Below, piece after piece: positions 25,109 through 38,570 of a stretch of DNA of 64,000 nt. Under the pieces are notes generated by a model. That model was not told the DNA's origin. It saw only the letters and a program-made list of their open reading frames with translations, and did not search any database. The DNA lies in assembly GCA_951406725.2 (NCBI GenBank), contig OX597816.1, positions 85,622,001-85,686,000 of the forward strand, given 5' to 3'. A program made the translations under genes and the position numbers. Source of the stretch: Octopus vulgaris (taxonomy: Eukaryota). Position 1 is the stretch's first letter; the number at the start of each line of letters is the position of its first letter.

Positions 25109-26464
25109 TAGTTTTATTTTTATTTTTATAGCGTGCTTTCACTTCACTACCGAGCGCAGCTCTGTGTGCCTTGGGTATGTGCTGTGATTTGTTGTGATGC
25201 TCTGATGGTTATTGTATTGAAAGTGTTCTGCGTAGGATGTGTGCAGTGCCTAGTAGTGCAATTTTCTGTATGTTATATATGTTTGTAAGTCCTGGTGTTT
25301 TTGTTATGTATTTGTCTGAATATTTTTTTATCATGCCTAAAGCACCTACTATGATAGGAATTGTTTCTGTTTTCAGATTCCACATTCTAGTTACCTCTAT
25401 TTCCAGGTCTTTGTATTTTGAGAGTTTCTCCATTTCTTTTAGAGACACGTTGTCATCTGCCGGTACTGATACATCAATTAGAAAGCATTTTTTTCTTCAT
25501 GGTCTCTGACAACTATATCTGGTCTGTTGGCCTTAATTTCTCTATCTGTGTGTATCGGCATATCCCAGAGTATGGTTGCTTTCTCGTTTTCTGTGACCTT
25601 TTCTGGTGTGTGCCTATACCATCTTTTTCTGTTGTTATTCCATAATGTTGGCATAGCTTCCAATGTATGTAAGTTCCAACTCTGTCATGTCTGTGAATAT
25701 ATTCCTTCTTAGCAAGGACTGGGCAGCTAGAGATAATATGATTTATTGTTTCTTGTCCATCTCCACATATTCTGCAGTTACTTGTAATATTTCTTTTCAT
25801 TACATGTATTTGGTAATTTCTGGTGGGGAGGCTTTGGTCTTGTGCTGCAATTAAAAATCCCTCTGTTTCTGCTTTGAGTCCTGAGCTTCTCAACCATTGC
25901 TGGGATTTTTCTTTGTCTATTTCTTTTGCGTTTAGTTTAGTCCAGTATTTACCATGAAGGGGCTTTTCTTGCCATCGTTTTATCATGGTTCGTTGCTGTT
26001 CTATTTTTAGTTTGGATTTCATTTTTTTAATAGCTGTTGTTGTTTCTTCATCTTCTTCTTCTTCTTCTTCTTCTTCTTCTTCTTCTTCTTCTTCATGTTT
26101 ATTAGGTGGTATGATTTCTTGTTTGTATTTGTCAGCTTCCTTAAATACTGAGAACAGTTTTTTGTTTTGCTCGTGTTTTGCCGCTATCTGGATCAGTTTT
26201 CCTTCCTTCTGAAGTAGATATTTTTGCAGTCCTATGGTGGTTATTTTATAGTAGTTTTCCAGCTGTATAAGGCCTCTACCACCTTCTATACGTTGTATAT
26301 ATAGTCTTTCTATGTCAGATTTTGGGTGATGCATCCTAGATCCTGTCATTATTTTTCTTGTTTTCCTGTCTATTTTGGTCAGTTCATTTCGTGTCCAGTT
26401 AAGGATATTGTAGCTGTAACTTATAACTGGGACAGCTAAAGTGTTGATACCTATTATCTTGTTT
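25106..26464 (-). mobile_element. 5'-truncated Dong/R4-clade non-LTR retrotransposon (RT thumb, CCHC knuckle, restriction-like endonuclease) in (TAA)n
   Basis: NKIIGINTLAVPVISYS, HHPKSDIERLYIQRIEGGRGL, ETEGFLIAAQDQSLPTRNY, CRICGDGQETINHIISSC, RHDRV, ILWDMPIHTDREIKANRPDIVV, EKLSKYKDL, IQKIALLGTAHILR. Two frameshifts; (TAA)n on both sides, the known Dong target. Confidence 0.95.
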
Positions 26465-27062
26465 TATTATTATTATTATTATTATTATTATCATTATTAT
26501 TATTATTATCAGTATTATCATTATCAGTATTATTCCTGCTGCTGGTTATATTGCTACGGACTCTTTTGATATTACGCCTATTTATTCCTGCCATAAATTT
26601 TTTAAGATTTGGCAAGGTTGAAAAAGAAATTCTTAACCTACGGCAAGTGAGGGTGTGGATGTGGTGGTGGCGTGTTCTCGTGGAAGAAACCAGCTTTTCA
26701 GAAAGTTTGTACTAATATTGATTGCCCAAGATAGATTAAACTATATTAAGTCATCACGGTGAAAGTTCTACTGGATTTGATGTTTATGGTATCTAAATAT
26801 GCATGCTTCACTGGTACAGTAATATCTACTCCTAGTGTTGCTAATTATGTTTTGATTGCTATAGTTATGAATTGCGTTCATGTAAGTAACGTTAGTGCTG
26901 GCAAATCTATCACTATAGTCATTTTTACTGTTATTCATTAATACGCATTTATCATTATCACAAATATCAGTTTAGGAACTACTAGAGCCTTTACCAATAT
27001 TATTAAATTTAGTACATCTCATTGTCTGTATGTGCATTCGCCTCCTTCCACACCTCCTCCTC

Positions 27063-27113
<51 letters not shown>

Positions 27114-27314
27114 GCCTTTGCATTATTATTATTATAATTGCCATTTTCTTTGTTGCATATTCAGAAGCTTAGGACTTCTTAGATATTCACAGTTATTTAT
27201 AGCGTTGCATGAAATCGTTTGTCCCTGAATCTATCTATCTATTGATGGATAGATTGATTGATAGATAGATAGATAGATAGATAGATGTCTTTGTATTTGT
27301 ATATATATATATAA

Positions 27315-27620
27315 TACGAGATCTCATTCGTCTGATTGAATTGGGAGGTACTTGTCATTGGATATAATTTGTCTGGTGTCGCTTGAATCAGATAAGGTGT
27401 GTTCAATTTTTACCGTGCCCTCAAATTTAAAGTCTTGAAGTACTGTGCGTCCAAAGTTAATCTAAACCGACTGAATTCGTTATCTATTCTCTTTACCTAC
27501 GTGGGTTGTTGAGTATTGTTGTCTGGGAGATTTTCTTATGGTAGAGAAATAGCTAGTTTTGGCTGCAATTTTTAAATTTTGGTGTATGGTGAAGCAAATT
27601 TTTTTGCTGAACGCTAATTA
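27315..27620 (-). mobile_element. Possible PLE N-terminal fragment between TA tracts
   Basis: Unique block bounded by (TA)n; weak resemblance to 34380-34560 (GL-INF versus SLQIDLNF). Confidence 0.25.
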
Positions 27621-27648
27621 TAATTATACTCATAATTATAAGAATTTT

Positions 27649-27743
<95 letters not shown>

Positions 27744-27762
27744 GATAGAGAGAGAGAGAGAG

Positions 27763-27843
<81 letters not shown>

Positions 27844-27989
27844 CATGTATATGGATGTGGGTCCGACTCCCACGCGGATAGGAAAGCCCTCTTTTTTTCT
27901 ATTGAGGGTTTATATGCCCCTTTATTAGACTACTTTCCTCAGTCATTGCACAGTGATCGCCATAAGCTTTCAGCTTATATAAAAACACC

Positions 27990-28199
27990 TTTATTATTAT
28001 TTACAGGATTGTAAACTCGGCATCGTATAAAAAACCATTCACACCGAAATCGCCTTGTTTTTTCTGTGTAACTTTCTTTCGAAGAGCGTAGGCTCGAAAC
28101 GTAAAAGACTTTTTCTATTCCTGAGCGCTATACTAATACGTTTGTTTGTTTGTACTCCACCTGCCTTCGTCTTTTGTTTATTTTCGTAAACTTTCCCTT

Positions 28200-28200
<1 letters not shown>
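27990..28200 (+). mobile_element. PLE pLTR fragment with a minimal hammerhead-like motif (28075-28108)
   Basis: TCTTT-CGAA-GAGC GTAG GCTC-GAAAC GTA-AAAGA, followed by TTCCTGAGCG...TAATAC..TTTGT, which is shared with 38240-38340; ends in (TA)n. Confidence 0.7.
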
Positions 28201-28255
<55 letters not shown>

Positions 28256-28304
28256 TGTGTGTGTGTGTGTGTTTGTATGTATGAGTGCGTGTGTGTGTAC
28301 GTGC

Positions 28305-28500
28305 GATTCTTTCATCTTTTATTTGTTTCAACTATTTGATTACGGGCATGTTGGGATGCCACCTTGAAAAAATGTCGGTCGAATGAATCAACACCGGTAC
28401 TTATTTCCAATTCTATCAATACGTTTTGTCGATCCACTATAATACGGAATCGTAAACACACCAACGCCGGTTATCAAGCGAAATTGGAGGACAAACACAA
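28305..28500 (-). mobile_element. Decayed SINE 3' module (same family as 13080 and 46320)
   Basis: TTTTATTTGTTTCAACTATTTGATTACGGGCATGTTGG...GTAAACACACCAACGCCGGTTATCAAGCG is the reverse complement of that module. Confidence 0.7.
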
Positions 28501-28618
28501 CTCAAGGATGCGCCCACACTCACATACACCATCTCTCTCTCTCTTTATACATATATATATATATGTTCTTGTCCCAGTTTGTGTTTTTTTAACGTTTACC
28601 TATATATATATATATATA

Positions 28619-28870
28619 TACATTATATAAAAGGGCTTAGTAAAATAAATTACTTCGCCGCATACTGAACTCATTAGAAATAGCAGCTAAAAAACTTTTT
28701 AAAGCTATTTCTAATACTTAAAGAAAATCTCTCTCATATATATATAGATATATATATAGATTTTCTTTAAGTATTAGAAATAGCTTTAAAAAAGTTTTTT
28801 AGCTGCTATTTCTAATGAGTTCAGTATGCGGCGAAGTAATTTATTTTACTAAGCCCTTTTATATAATGTA
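28619..28870. repeat. Near-perfect inverted repeat, ~112 bp arms, TA-rich spacer
   Basis: TACATTATATAAAAGGGCTTAG...CTTAAAGAAAATCT / AGATTTTCTTTAAG...CTAAGCCCTTTTATATAATGTA; the arms differ only in homopolymer length. Confidence 0.95.
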
Positions 28871-28960
28871 ATAATTTGAATTCGCCTTAAATGGTCCCTT
28901 TGCATACTGAACACTTGGTGAAATTGATTAATAATTGATTAATTTTACCCTCAATTGTTG

Positions 28961-28992
<32 letters not shown>

Positions 28993-28997
28993 GATAA

Positions 28998-29076
<79 letters not shown>

Positions 29077-29084
29077 CGCACAAC

Positions 29085-29185
29085 TCTCTTCTATAGTAGT
29101 ATACACCTGCCCACGGAGACACGCAGCGGGACTGATCAGAACCATGTGGTTGGGAATCAAGCTTTTTACCACACAACCATATATG
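29085..29185 (-). mobile_element. SINE tRNA-like head fragment
   Basis: Reverse complement TGGTTGTGTGGTAAAAAGCTTGATTCCCAACCACATGGTTCTGATCAGTCCC matches the head at 37940. Confidence 0.65.
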
Positions 29186-32100
29186 CAAGTCTTTTCATAG
29201 TACATGTCTCATACCATTTTCCTTAACTTTCTGCGACTTAATAAAGTTCTTCTTTAAGTGAAAACGAATAAGCAGCGCATGCGCATACACGAAATTAATG
29301 CTAATTTATGGTTTGTCACATAAGTGCATCCTCTCCTCGGGTTTCAGCCGCTGACACTTGTTAACTGCCCTTTATACGCGTCGAGAGAACAGTGTCCAAT
29401 CATATGTCCATATTTGTGCCTATATATCTACTTACATGTATGTTTGTGTATCTGGTTATATATAAATTCACGTAGTACCTAGTAATAAACTATAATCTGT
29501 ATGGCTGGGTTTTCTGCGATAAACCCGGCTGATTCACTTGAAACGGTCAGTGAGATGACTTTCATGAAACCTAACAGCAATAGAATATTTTTTTTCAAAT
29601 GAGTGGAAAACCAACATTCGTATCAGAGTCTAATTAGCATCCACAATTGGGACATGGAATTATCCGATATTGTGAACAAGTGCGTTATGAAAGAGTGATG
29701 GATAAAGTCAGAAATTGCAATACTCATTCAGTTTGGTACAATTATTATTAATATTGATTTTCTAAATATGCTGCAGCTGTATCCCGATCTGGGTTTTACG
29801 GTAGGCAGGTACTCTTCTAGTAGGAACTCAAGGAAATTTTACGTGGGAATATTTTCGGTCAATATTACCTCATATTATTGGCTATGGCTATGCTGCACAA
29901 TTCTGCTCTTTAAAGCAAGCAAAGCTGAGGCTAGTTGTTAGAAGAAAGTATGCAACAAATAAGACTATTTTTCTAAATCATTTAAACGCTGGCAAATTCG
30001 ACACACTGCAATATCTGTGTCTTTTTGTGGAACTTGTAAATGACTCACCTGATATTTCATTATCTTATGTTGACCAAAATGTTCATGTGAGTAATGCAAA
30101 TATTTTGATAAAAATTATTCAGAAATATCTGAGCTTCTAGATATTTAGCATAAATTACTACAGAAATTATTCAATGCTAATTTACTGAGAACGGAATATT
30201 TGAAGGGATTATTGAAGCCACACAAATCGAGAACTGAGGCCAAGGAAGAACGGGAGGTATTTCAGATTATCCTCAATAATATTGCTGGGTTTTACTAAAA
30301 TCTCAAAAGAGTGCAAAATAATGCACAAATTGTTCGAATATATATTTGGTCCTATCCAATGAACGACTGCTCCTCTTTGTTTGAGACATAATTCCATTAT
30401 AATTACTTTAAGACATGTAATCTGGTGAGATGGAAGACCATTTTACAAATATTTTTCACATTTTCATTCTCAATACACGAAAAACATATCGAAGACATAA
30501 CATGGCAACTTGTTATTCAAGAATCGATAGTGTTCTTAATAGATAGACTGTCAAAAATTTTTATCAGACTAAAAGATAGGTAAAGCAACATCTTAGAGCT
30601 GATTATATGCCAGGTAGTGTTACTAAGAATGATAGGGATGTAGTGTTTGTAGTCGCTCCTTGTTTTGGTAAAAGACACTTATTAATTATACACCCATGCG
30701 TTCGGCCTGGTTAATTCACATCAATTGTGAATTACATGTGAATGCAAATGTAAATGTTCAGCTATAAAATACTACCATGTGGCTCTGTCAAGAACATTTC
30801 CATATCAGCACCGTCTATATTCCGTTACAGCGCACAAAATACAGATATACTCATATATATAATCAAGTAGAAATAATTTTATTGGAACAGAAAAGTTTTT
30901 ATGCATTTTTTTAAGCATAACTATGGCGTGTGTTTACTTTACTTTGGGTGACGGTGAAAAGCGTATCACAAGTTAGGTGTGCAAGAATTTTGCAGTTGAA
31001 AAATTAACTTGCAGTTTTAAAGAAATTAGATACTAAAAGCAAAATTAAACACATTTTTTAGCACGTTTCTAAACATTCAAATAGATGCACTAATATTAAA
31101 CTGCGTTTTTACTTCTACTGATTCAAATTTTAGAAATCTAATAATACAGTTTACCATTCCTCCGTAAATTATACTGTCATTATCTTATAAAGATTTAGTA
31201 CAAGGAAATAAATCTAAGGTTTGTTCTATGCTATTATACTCTCGTCTAATATTTACTGAGAGATTATCTACCTAGTAACAGTAATAGACTCAATGTTACA
31301 AGGTCGAACTCACAATGCCGACATAATAGTAGGAAATTAAATTTCCTAACGTTCTATTTCGGGCGATTCGCAGGTTTCATTATAAATATTCATATGCTCT
31401 CCAATGATGACCACATCCCTGAACCATCAACCTATTTTCAGTTTTCTCAATATCTACGTCGCTAAAACTAAAATGAATGACAAACACAAAGTACATCAAC
31501 ATAGCAAAAAGCACAACATTTAGGAGAATCAATAATGCACCAAGTTGTCATCTAAAAAAAAAAATAGGACTTTAGATTATGCTTGCTATGATGTTTTAAA
31601 TTCAATATGTCAATTTTTATATACTATCTTAAGATATAGTACATAAACGGAAAATTTTTATATTCAATGAAACAAAGGCCTTTATAAAAATGTCAATCAA
31701 ACTTCTTATCTTTTACACCACAAACATTTTCTTTGCTGTTTTATCAGAAATCCATTGTTTCTGATTCAATCACAAAACTACATCTTAATACTCTTGCTCC
31801 CACACGCGTGCAATTGTTTACTTTATGTCTTCCTAAATCAATTTTACATGTGTCTACATATTCAATATACACAGGCCGACGCAGACGCATACGGATACAT
31901 ACACAATGTGTATGCGAGTGTGTATGTGCTTCATTCCTTAGATACAAGGTACAATGACACAAACGGGACTCTATTTCCGTTCTCAGTTTTTCAAAGTAAT
32001 GACAAAATGAGTTAAAGGGATATCATGTATATCATTCATAGCAGGATACACAACGAATACAAAAGGAGTTATAGCGTTTATCATTGTGAAATAATGATAT

Positions 32101-32643
32101 AAAATTCATTGGTACGATTAATTTTGTATGCCAAAGTAATAAAAGACCGCAACCACACAAAGACCACAATAGAATGATTCTTAAATATTATTAGAGAATA
32201 TTCCTGAATAGCTTTGAGAAAATAACTCATTCCTGTTTGTTTATAAGCCGATTTACATTGATCTACGAGGAAAAGGTTTTGCATTCATTAAAACATTCGT
32301 TTTAAACGAAGTTTCGTGAAATGGATGTTTTGAGTCTAGCGTTAATTTAAAGTTAATCATAGCAAGTGAGTAAAAAGAAATGATATGAAATATGTATTTA
32401 TATTTAAGACAAAGTTAGACAGAAAATAATGGAAGAATACGAAGTCCAAGAAAAAACCTCCAAGAAATCAAATATTTTCGGAAAAATTATTAGTCTCAGT
32501 GGGTTTAAAAATGTAAAGTTACAAATAATTAGAGTAAAATACCAAAATATAAAGGACTTGATCTTTCGGTTGCAGTTCGGAGCGACTCTCTTTCGAGTAA
32601 TTATTGCTGAAGAGGAAATAACTATTCTGAAATGCATGCATAC

Positions 32644-32698
32644 CTCAATCTGGGTACCAGGCGCCTTGAACTGACTGCATGTTTTTACACCTGCTCGT
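32644..32698 (-). CDS. Candidate internal exon, 55 nt (RAGVKTCSQFKAPGTQIE in the only open frame)
   Basis: Acceptor tattttgtcaaactttctcgctgcAG and donor GAG|GTATGC; unique sequence; product not recognised. Confidence 0.3.
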
Positions 32699-33129
32699 CT
32701 GCAGCGAGAAAGTTTGACAAAATACAGTGAATGGCTCGCATATTTCTCAAGCATATTTGAACTGGTTTATATTTGTACACATGAATGCTTAGTTCTTGTA
32801 ATTTGTATTATAGTCATAGGAACAGTAGCAGGTCGATAAAGAATGAAGAAACAATGTTTGTCTTTAAATTGACATTGAAAAGTTGGAATTCAGGGTGTAA
32901 TGAAATGAATGTATCCATTAATTTGGCAGAGAAATTTTGGTAAGAATTGATTTGAATATGAATTATAATACCAAATTGTGTCGGTCGGGGTAAAATCTTA
33001 GAAGCGTTAGCCAAAAATTCTACTTAATTACAAAAGATATAAATATTCAACAACAATAGCACAGAGCGCCGCGACAACACCAACAGCACATGCGATAACA
33101 ACAGTAACGGTCAGAGGAAATAAACAATT

Positions 33130-33260
33130 CACCGGTCTTTCATCCTTTCGGGGTCGATTAAATAAGTACCAGTTACGCACTGGGGTCGATATAATCGACT
33201 TAATCCGTTTGTCCCCTCTGTGTGCATCTCCTTGTGGGCAGTAAAGAAATAGGTATTTGA
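33130..33260 (+). mobile_element. Nin/Deu-type SINE 3' half
   Basis: CTTTCATCCTTTCGGGGTCGATTAAATAAGTACCAGTTACGCACTGGGGTCGAT...AAAGAAATAGGT. Confidence 0.85.
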
Positions 33261-33357
33261 CCTCTAATTCCACGAACCGTTTTTATGAGCTCTTTTACAA
33301 ATTTCCTTCTCTAATTTGCATCACACTTATACCAGTTAGTACTACTGTCGCTGTTAC

Positions 33358-33507
<150 letters not shown>

Positions 33508-33846
33508 TTATCTCCCCTACACACAATCTTTTTACTCAGGGACTAGTAAACTCGATACCGTTTGGAAATTGGTGGTCATTCAAAGTGTAACGATACCGGT
33601 ACGACTTTGAATCTCTTTAACAATTCAAAATAATGACTTTTATTCCTTTTAATCCTACCTCAGTTCATCTAATTGTATATATCTTTTGTTTCTTTTTATT
33701 AAAAAAAAACCTTTATTTTTTTTTATATCCAGTGTGCATTTTCACTTTATTCTTACTTTCCCCATATGTTTTCCACGTGTAGTTTGTATTTTCTTTTTGA
33801 AACATATTTCTAACACACACACACACACACATACACACACACACAA

Positions 33847-33953
<107 letters not shown>

Positions 33954-34166
33954 AATAGATGAGTGTATTTTACCTTGTTAACAATTAACACGGATAAATG
34001 AATGAATAGTTACCAGAGCAGCAAAATCTCACAAGTAAAGATGTTGTAACTCCTTGTTTATAAAGGTTGAAACTTCGTGTTTACGTTGAATATTTGAATA
34101 ATAGAAAGAAAAATATGTAGAAAGAAAAAATACTTGTTTAAACCTGCGTTGACTCCATTTTTTATT

Positions 34167-34223
<57 letters not shown>

Positions 34224-34229
34224 GACGCT

Positions 34230-35780
34230 TTTTTAGCAGAGCTGGTGATTAAAAATTCGCCCTTAGTCATGTTTCAACATAGAAAGCATATCGGGTAACC
34301 CCTTCTTGGTGACAAAACTAAAAATCCACGCAGAAATGACCTCATTTTTTTTCTGACTTGAACCAGAGACAATCTAGGGGACACAACTCTACCGACCTAA
34401 CTTCTCTTATACCACAAAATAAACATTAAAACAACAAATAAGAATACCGCTCGTAATAGAAAATCCGGACGTAATTTTCAAGGCCCTCTACATACAAGTC
34501 AAAAGATCCATCGAAGCCTCCAGATTGACCTAAACTTCCGGGAACCACGACCTACCAATCTACCTCCATCATCTCACAGACAATGGAAAAATTTGTCTCC
34601 GAGACATAACCCTTAACATGGATACTTTAAACATTCAACTAGATACAACCTAATTAGACAACATAATTTCTCCCTCCACCTACATTATAAAATTAGAAAT
34701 AAATTTGACCCAAACCACATCAACCACAGAAAATATAACAACCCTCAGTACAACCATAATCTAGTCCACTACACAGTCACTCCACCACAAGCATACTACC
34801 ACAGACACACTTTACACCCATTCTCTCCTCAGCAAACCAAATACAATACAGACATCCCATAACAATCCACCTACTACAATCATTTTTTTTTCCTGAATCA
34901 GAGAAACAGAGATGTGAAATGGAATAAAATGTACAAGAACAACCTAAAGTAACCAACTTATCAAAGAAAATCTTAAGTATTACACAAACCAAAACTCTAG
35001 CAAGAGTTTTAAAGTTTACACCAACCTTTCGCAGATCGAACCCGAATGAAATTAATGGTAACACAATGGATTTTCGCCAAAAATTGCGCCTCACAGAAGC
35101 ACTTCACAGCTACACCAGCGAAGATGGCTCTATAGTAAAAACAAAAGCGAATACTGTCCTGCAAAAGGCAGAAATAAAGCACTTGATAATTTTTGTGAAC
35201 AAATTACCATTCTTCCCTTCAATATCCTACAGAAACAACGAATTAAATCCAATCTTAACACAAATGAATGGAAAAACCTAATCGACTTAAAAATGATATA
35301 AGCATGACCATTAAAGAAGACGATAAAGAAAGTGCGGTAGTGGTAATGGACACAGAGTACTATAAAAATTTAATACTCACCATGTTGGTAGAGAATACAA
35401 TACAACCTACAGAAGACACTTAAAAACTTATTCTCCTTACTTCAAATATATGGAAAGGGCCTCGCTAAAAATGAAATTGACTATCCAATTTTAGATACAG
35501 ACCAAGTCTATTCTATGGATTATCTAAATACACAAAAATCCACATATTTGTAAAGCTTGCAAAGATTGTCCAAGCATATGCATTAATATTCCTCCCCCTA
35601 CTGACCTCAAACTGAGACACATCATTGCTGGCCCTGCTTGTGAATCCTACCGTATGTGCAATTTCCTCGACATCATGCTCAAACCACTTCTAAAATATGT
35701 GAAATGCTTCACCAGGGATGACTTAGACATGCTTAACCACCTACCAAAGACAATAAATGATGGGACCCTGTTAGTACCCT
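34230..35780 (+). mobile_element. Decayed PLE 5' half (N-terminal domain, DKG region, start of RT)
   Basis: VTNLSKK...KFTPT, DFRQKLRLTE, IKEDDKESAVVVMDTEYYKN (ADKG motif), FYGL-KIHK, LRHIIAGPACESYRMCNFLDIMLKPLLKYVKCFTRDDLDMLNHLP; same family as 21674. Confidence 0.9.
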
Positions 35781-37934
35781 GTTTTTTTATTTACCAAACC
35801 ACTGTTATTTCCGTTATTACAGCATTGTTACATTTAAAAAAATCATTTTTTATAAATAAGGAATATTTTATGTAGGATAATTTCGTGTACAATTTTAATT
35901 ATAGTTGCAGTTACAGCATTAAATAATTATGACAGTTACCCGTTGTTATCAATAAATATTCAGTTCTTTTCCTAAAAAAGTTACTTGACTATAAATGCCA
36001 ATACGCACACATGGACACCCACACACACACATTAGTATCTATTCAATATTTTATTTAATGCAAATGTACAATGCTGTATAACAACTTAAAATAGCATTTT
36101 GTTGGAAGTAATCTCAAAATAACGCTTTCTTATTTTCCAAGTTTAAATTATTCATAACGCACATAGTTTTCTTAATTCAATAATGTTGGAAAGCTTCTTA
36201 AATTAAAATCTTTACCATACTTCATAATGCCAAAGAAAGTAGATGAAATCTATTGTCGTATTATAATATCACATTGTCGTATTATAATATCACATGTTCG
36301 AGAATATGGTATTAAAATCTAGTTTGGCATTCGTAGCATCCCAGCTGGTTTGTGAAACAATCTGACAGCTGAAGAAGCCACTTATTGGAATTAAATAATC
36401 ATTTTTATTGGCAGATTTTTTTACGAGTTTCATTTAAAAAGTTATTTTATTATTACATGTAGTTGCTTCTACCAATTTTCTATTATATCAAGTCAAACTG
36501 CACAAAAAATAATGCAGAACTGATTTTCAACGCAAACTTTCTCATCTTCAACAGAGCCAAAATTATATAGACATCTAAGAGTGCAAGAAAGCATCCTTAA
36601 TATAATCGCAATGGGAAAATGATATCGGAAAACTGTTTGCCCATATGATAGGGTTTATTTGACTGGAAATCCATGAATCGGCAAGAAATCAACATGAGAT
36701 TGTAAAGTACCTGTGATATAAGTTTTGAATGAAATGGGTGTTAGTCGAGGTCAAAACATCATTCGAACACAAGTATGTACGATTGGAAAATGTTATAGAA
36801 TCATATAGTACATATTCCATACAAACTTTTTCAGGAGAACAATTTGAGGTAGTGGAATGGGTTTACGGATACTGCTTTGAGTAAAATGCTTTGGATTAAC
36901 ATTGATTTTAACTTAGCGCCAAAGTATATTTTGTGTTTTGTCATCTTACGCAGAGCGATAGAATGTTTCATTAATTATCTCTAACAGAATAATCATACAC
37001 ATAGCGTAAAATCTGTTAGCGACGTAGTAATAAGCTAAAAACTTATTCCTGGTCCGTTCATCCATTTATCAAACTTTTCGACGTCAGTGACAATATGACC
37101 TCCAAGTACATTACAAACTCCCCAATTATATTCAGAAACGATCGGTCCCACCGACACTTGCCACTTTCACTTAAGTTGAATTTACACTTGTGTCTCTGTC
37201 TTCTGAAGTAACAAGTGTAAGTCTGTGTTTACACAAATGTAGTTTAGTACCCTTTTCTCAGCATGTAACACTCTCGTTCGCAAATGAGGTGATTTCCTTG
37301 AAAGTTGGATTGAACTGCTTTCACCATATTCAAACTTAAACCGAAAAGATAAATTGGTGAGTATAAACATATGAAATGTTTATTATGTTCAGACTATGAT
37401 ATTACAAATTGCCTTGAACAGAACGTATAATTTTGAAAAACAAAAACTTAAATTAGTGATGCATATGGAAATGTAATTTCTATATGCAAAATATGATTCA
37501 TTAACAAGGAAAACAAACTGATTACGCAACGGATACGTTGGAGAACAGGGGGAACGGATTTTCGTAAAGCTGCACTTCAATTTTGTGGGAAGAAGGCCAA
37601 TATTATATTTGTTTCCTTACAGCTACTAAAAGGATGTTATTATTCTTGTATGCAACGCAGCATATTTATATATAAAGAGATAAAATCACAAGCACGAGCA
37701 GCGGAATGGCAAGATTCTATTACCCAATTTGCCTAACATCTTAGTTGGACGGCAACGAATTTCAAGTTAATTTTAAATCTATATTATGATATGTCCCGTG
37801 TTGAGTTTAGCGATAACATGGTCTCATATCACATATTGCAAAAAATATAAAATGCCTGTGGATCAAATGTCTCATGGACACTTTGGTATGCACAGTACAA
37901 AAACTTGTGGGGCGAGTCAGAATGTGGCATTATA

Positions 37935-38092
37935 GTCCTATGGCTGTGTGGTAAGAATCTTGCTTCACAACCACATGATTCCAGGTTCAGTCCCTCTGCG
38001 TGTGACACCTTGGGTAAGTGTGGGCCGACCAAAGCCTTGTGAATGGATTTGGTAGACGGAAACTAAAAGAATCCCATTGTGTATATAAATAA

Positions 38093-38144
<52 letters not shown>

Positions 38145-38374
38145 ATTTACATTTGCGTCTCTGTCCTCTGAAGACTGCGTGTGTATCGTTGGCGATTTTC
38201 TGTCTCCGTCCTCCCTTCTTTGGATCTTTCCTTTTCCTGTTTCTGATGAAGACCTCCGCTTGTAACGTTAAACCCTCCTTCTTCTCTTCCTTCCTGAGCG
38301 TCAAATAATACTATATTTGTTCCACGTCCTCGCGTTGTTGTGTTTCATCTTTGTGTTTTTATGTTTGGATTAAC

Positions 38375-38461
<87 letters not shown>

Positions 38462-38570
38462 ATGTGTGTGTGTGTATCTTTGTGTATGTGTTTGTCTCAC
38501 ACCCCATCACTGCTTGACAACTGGTGTAGGTATTATTACGTCCCTGTAATCTAACGGTTCGTCAAACACA
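37935..38570 (+). mobile_element. tRNA/CORE-type SINE with internal (TA)(TG) microsatellite, interrupted by a PLE pLTR
   Basis: Head TGGCTGTGTGGTAAG...GGTTCAGTCCC, CORE-like CACCTTGGGTAAGTG, body GACCAAAGCCTTGTGAATGGATTTGGTAGACGGAAAC; the 3' module resumes at ~38490. Confidence 0.85.
38239..38273 (+). ncRNA. Minimal type I hammerhead ribozyme motif (mutated) in PLE pLTR 38140-38375
   Basis: GTTT-CTGATGA-AGACCTCCGCTT-GTAAC-GTT-AAAC: stem I GUUU/AAAC, intact CUGAUGA, GAAA changed to GUAA, palindromic AACGUU at stem III. Confidence 0.6.

Noticed and set aside
36252-36295. 21-bp direct duplication (similar ones at ~6298-6342 and ~57368-57408)
   Set aside because: Ordinary local slippage duplications.
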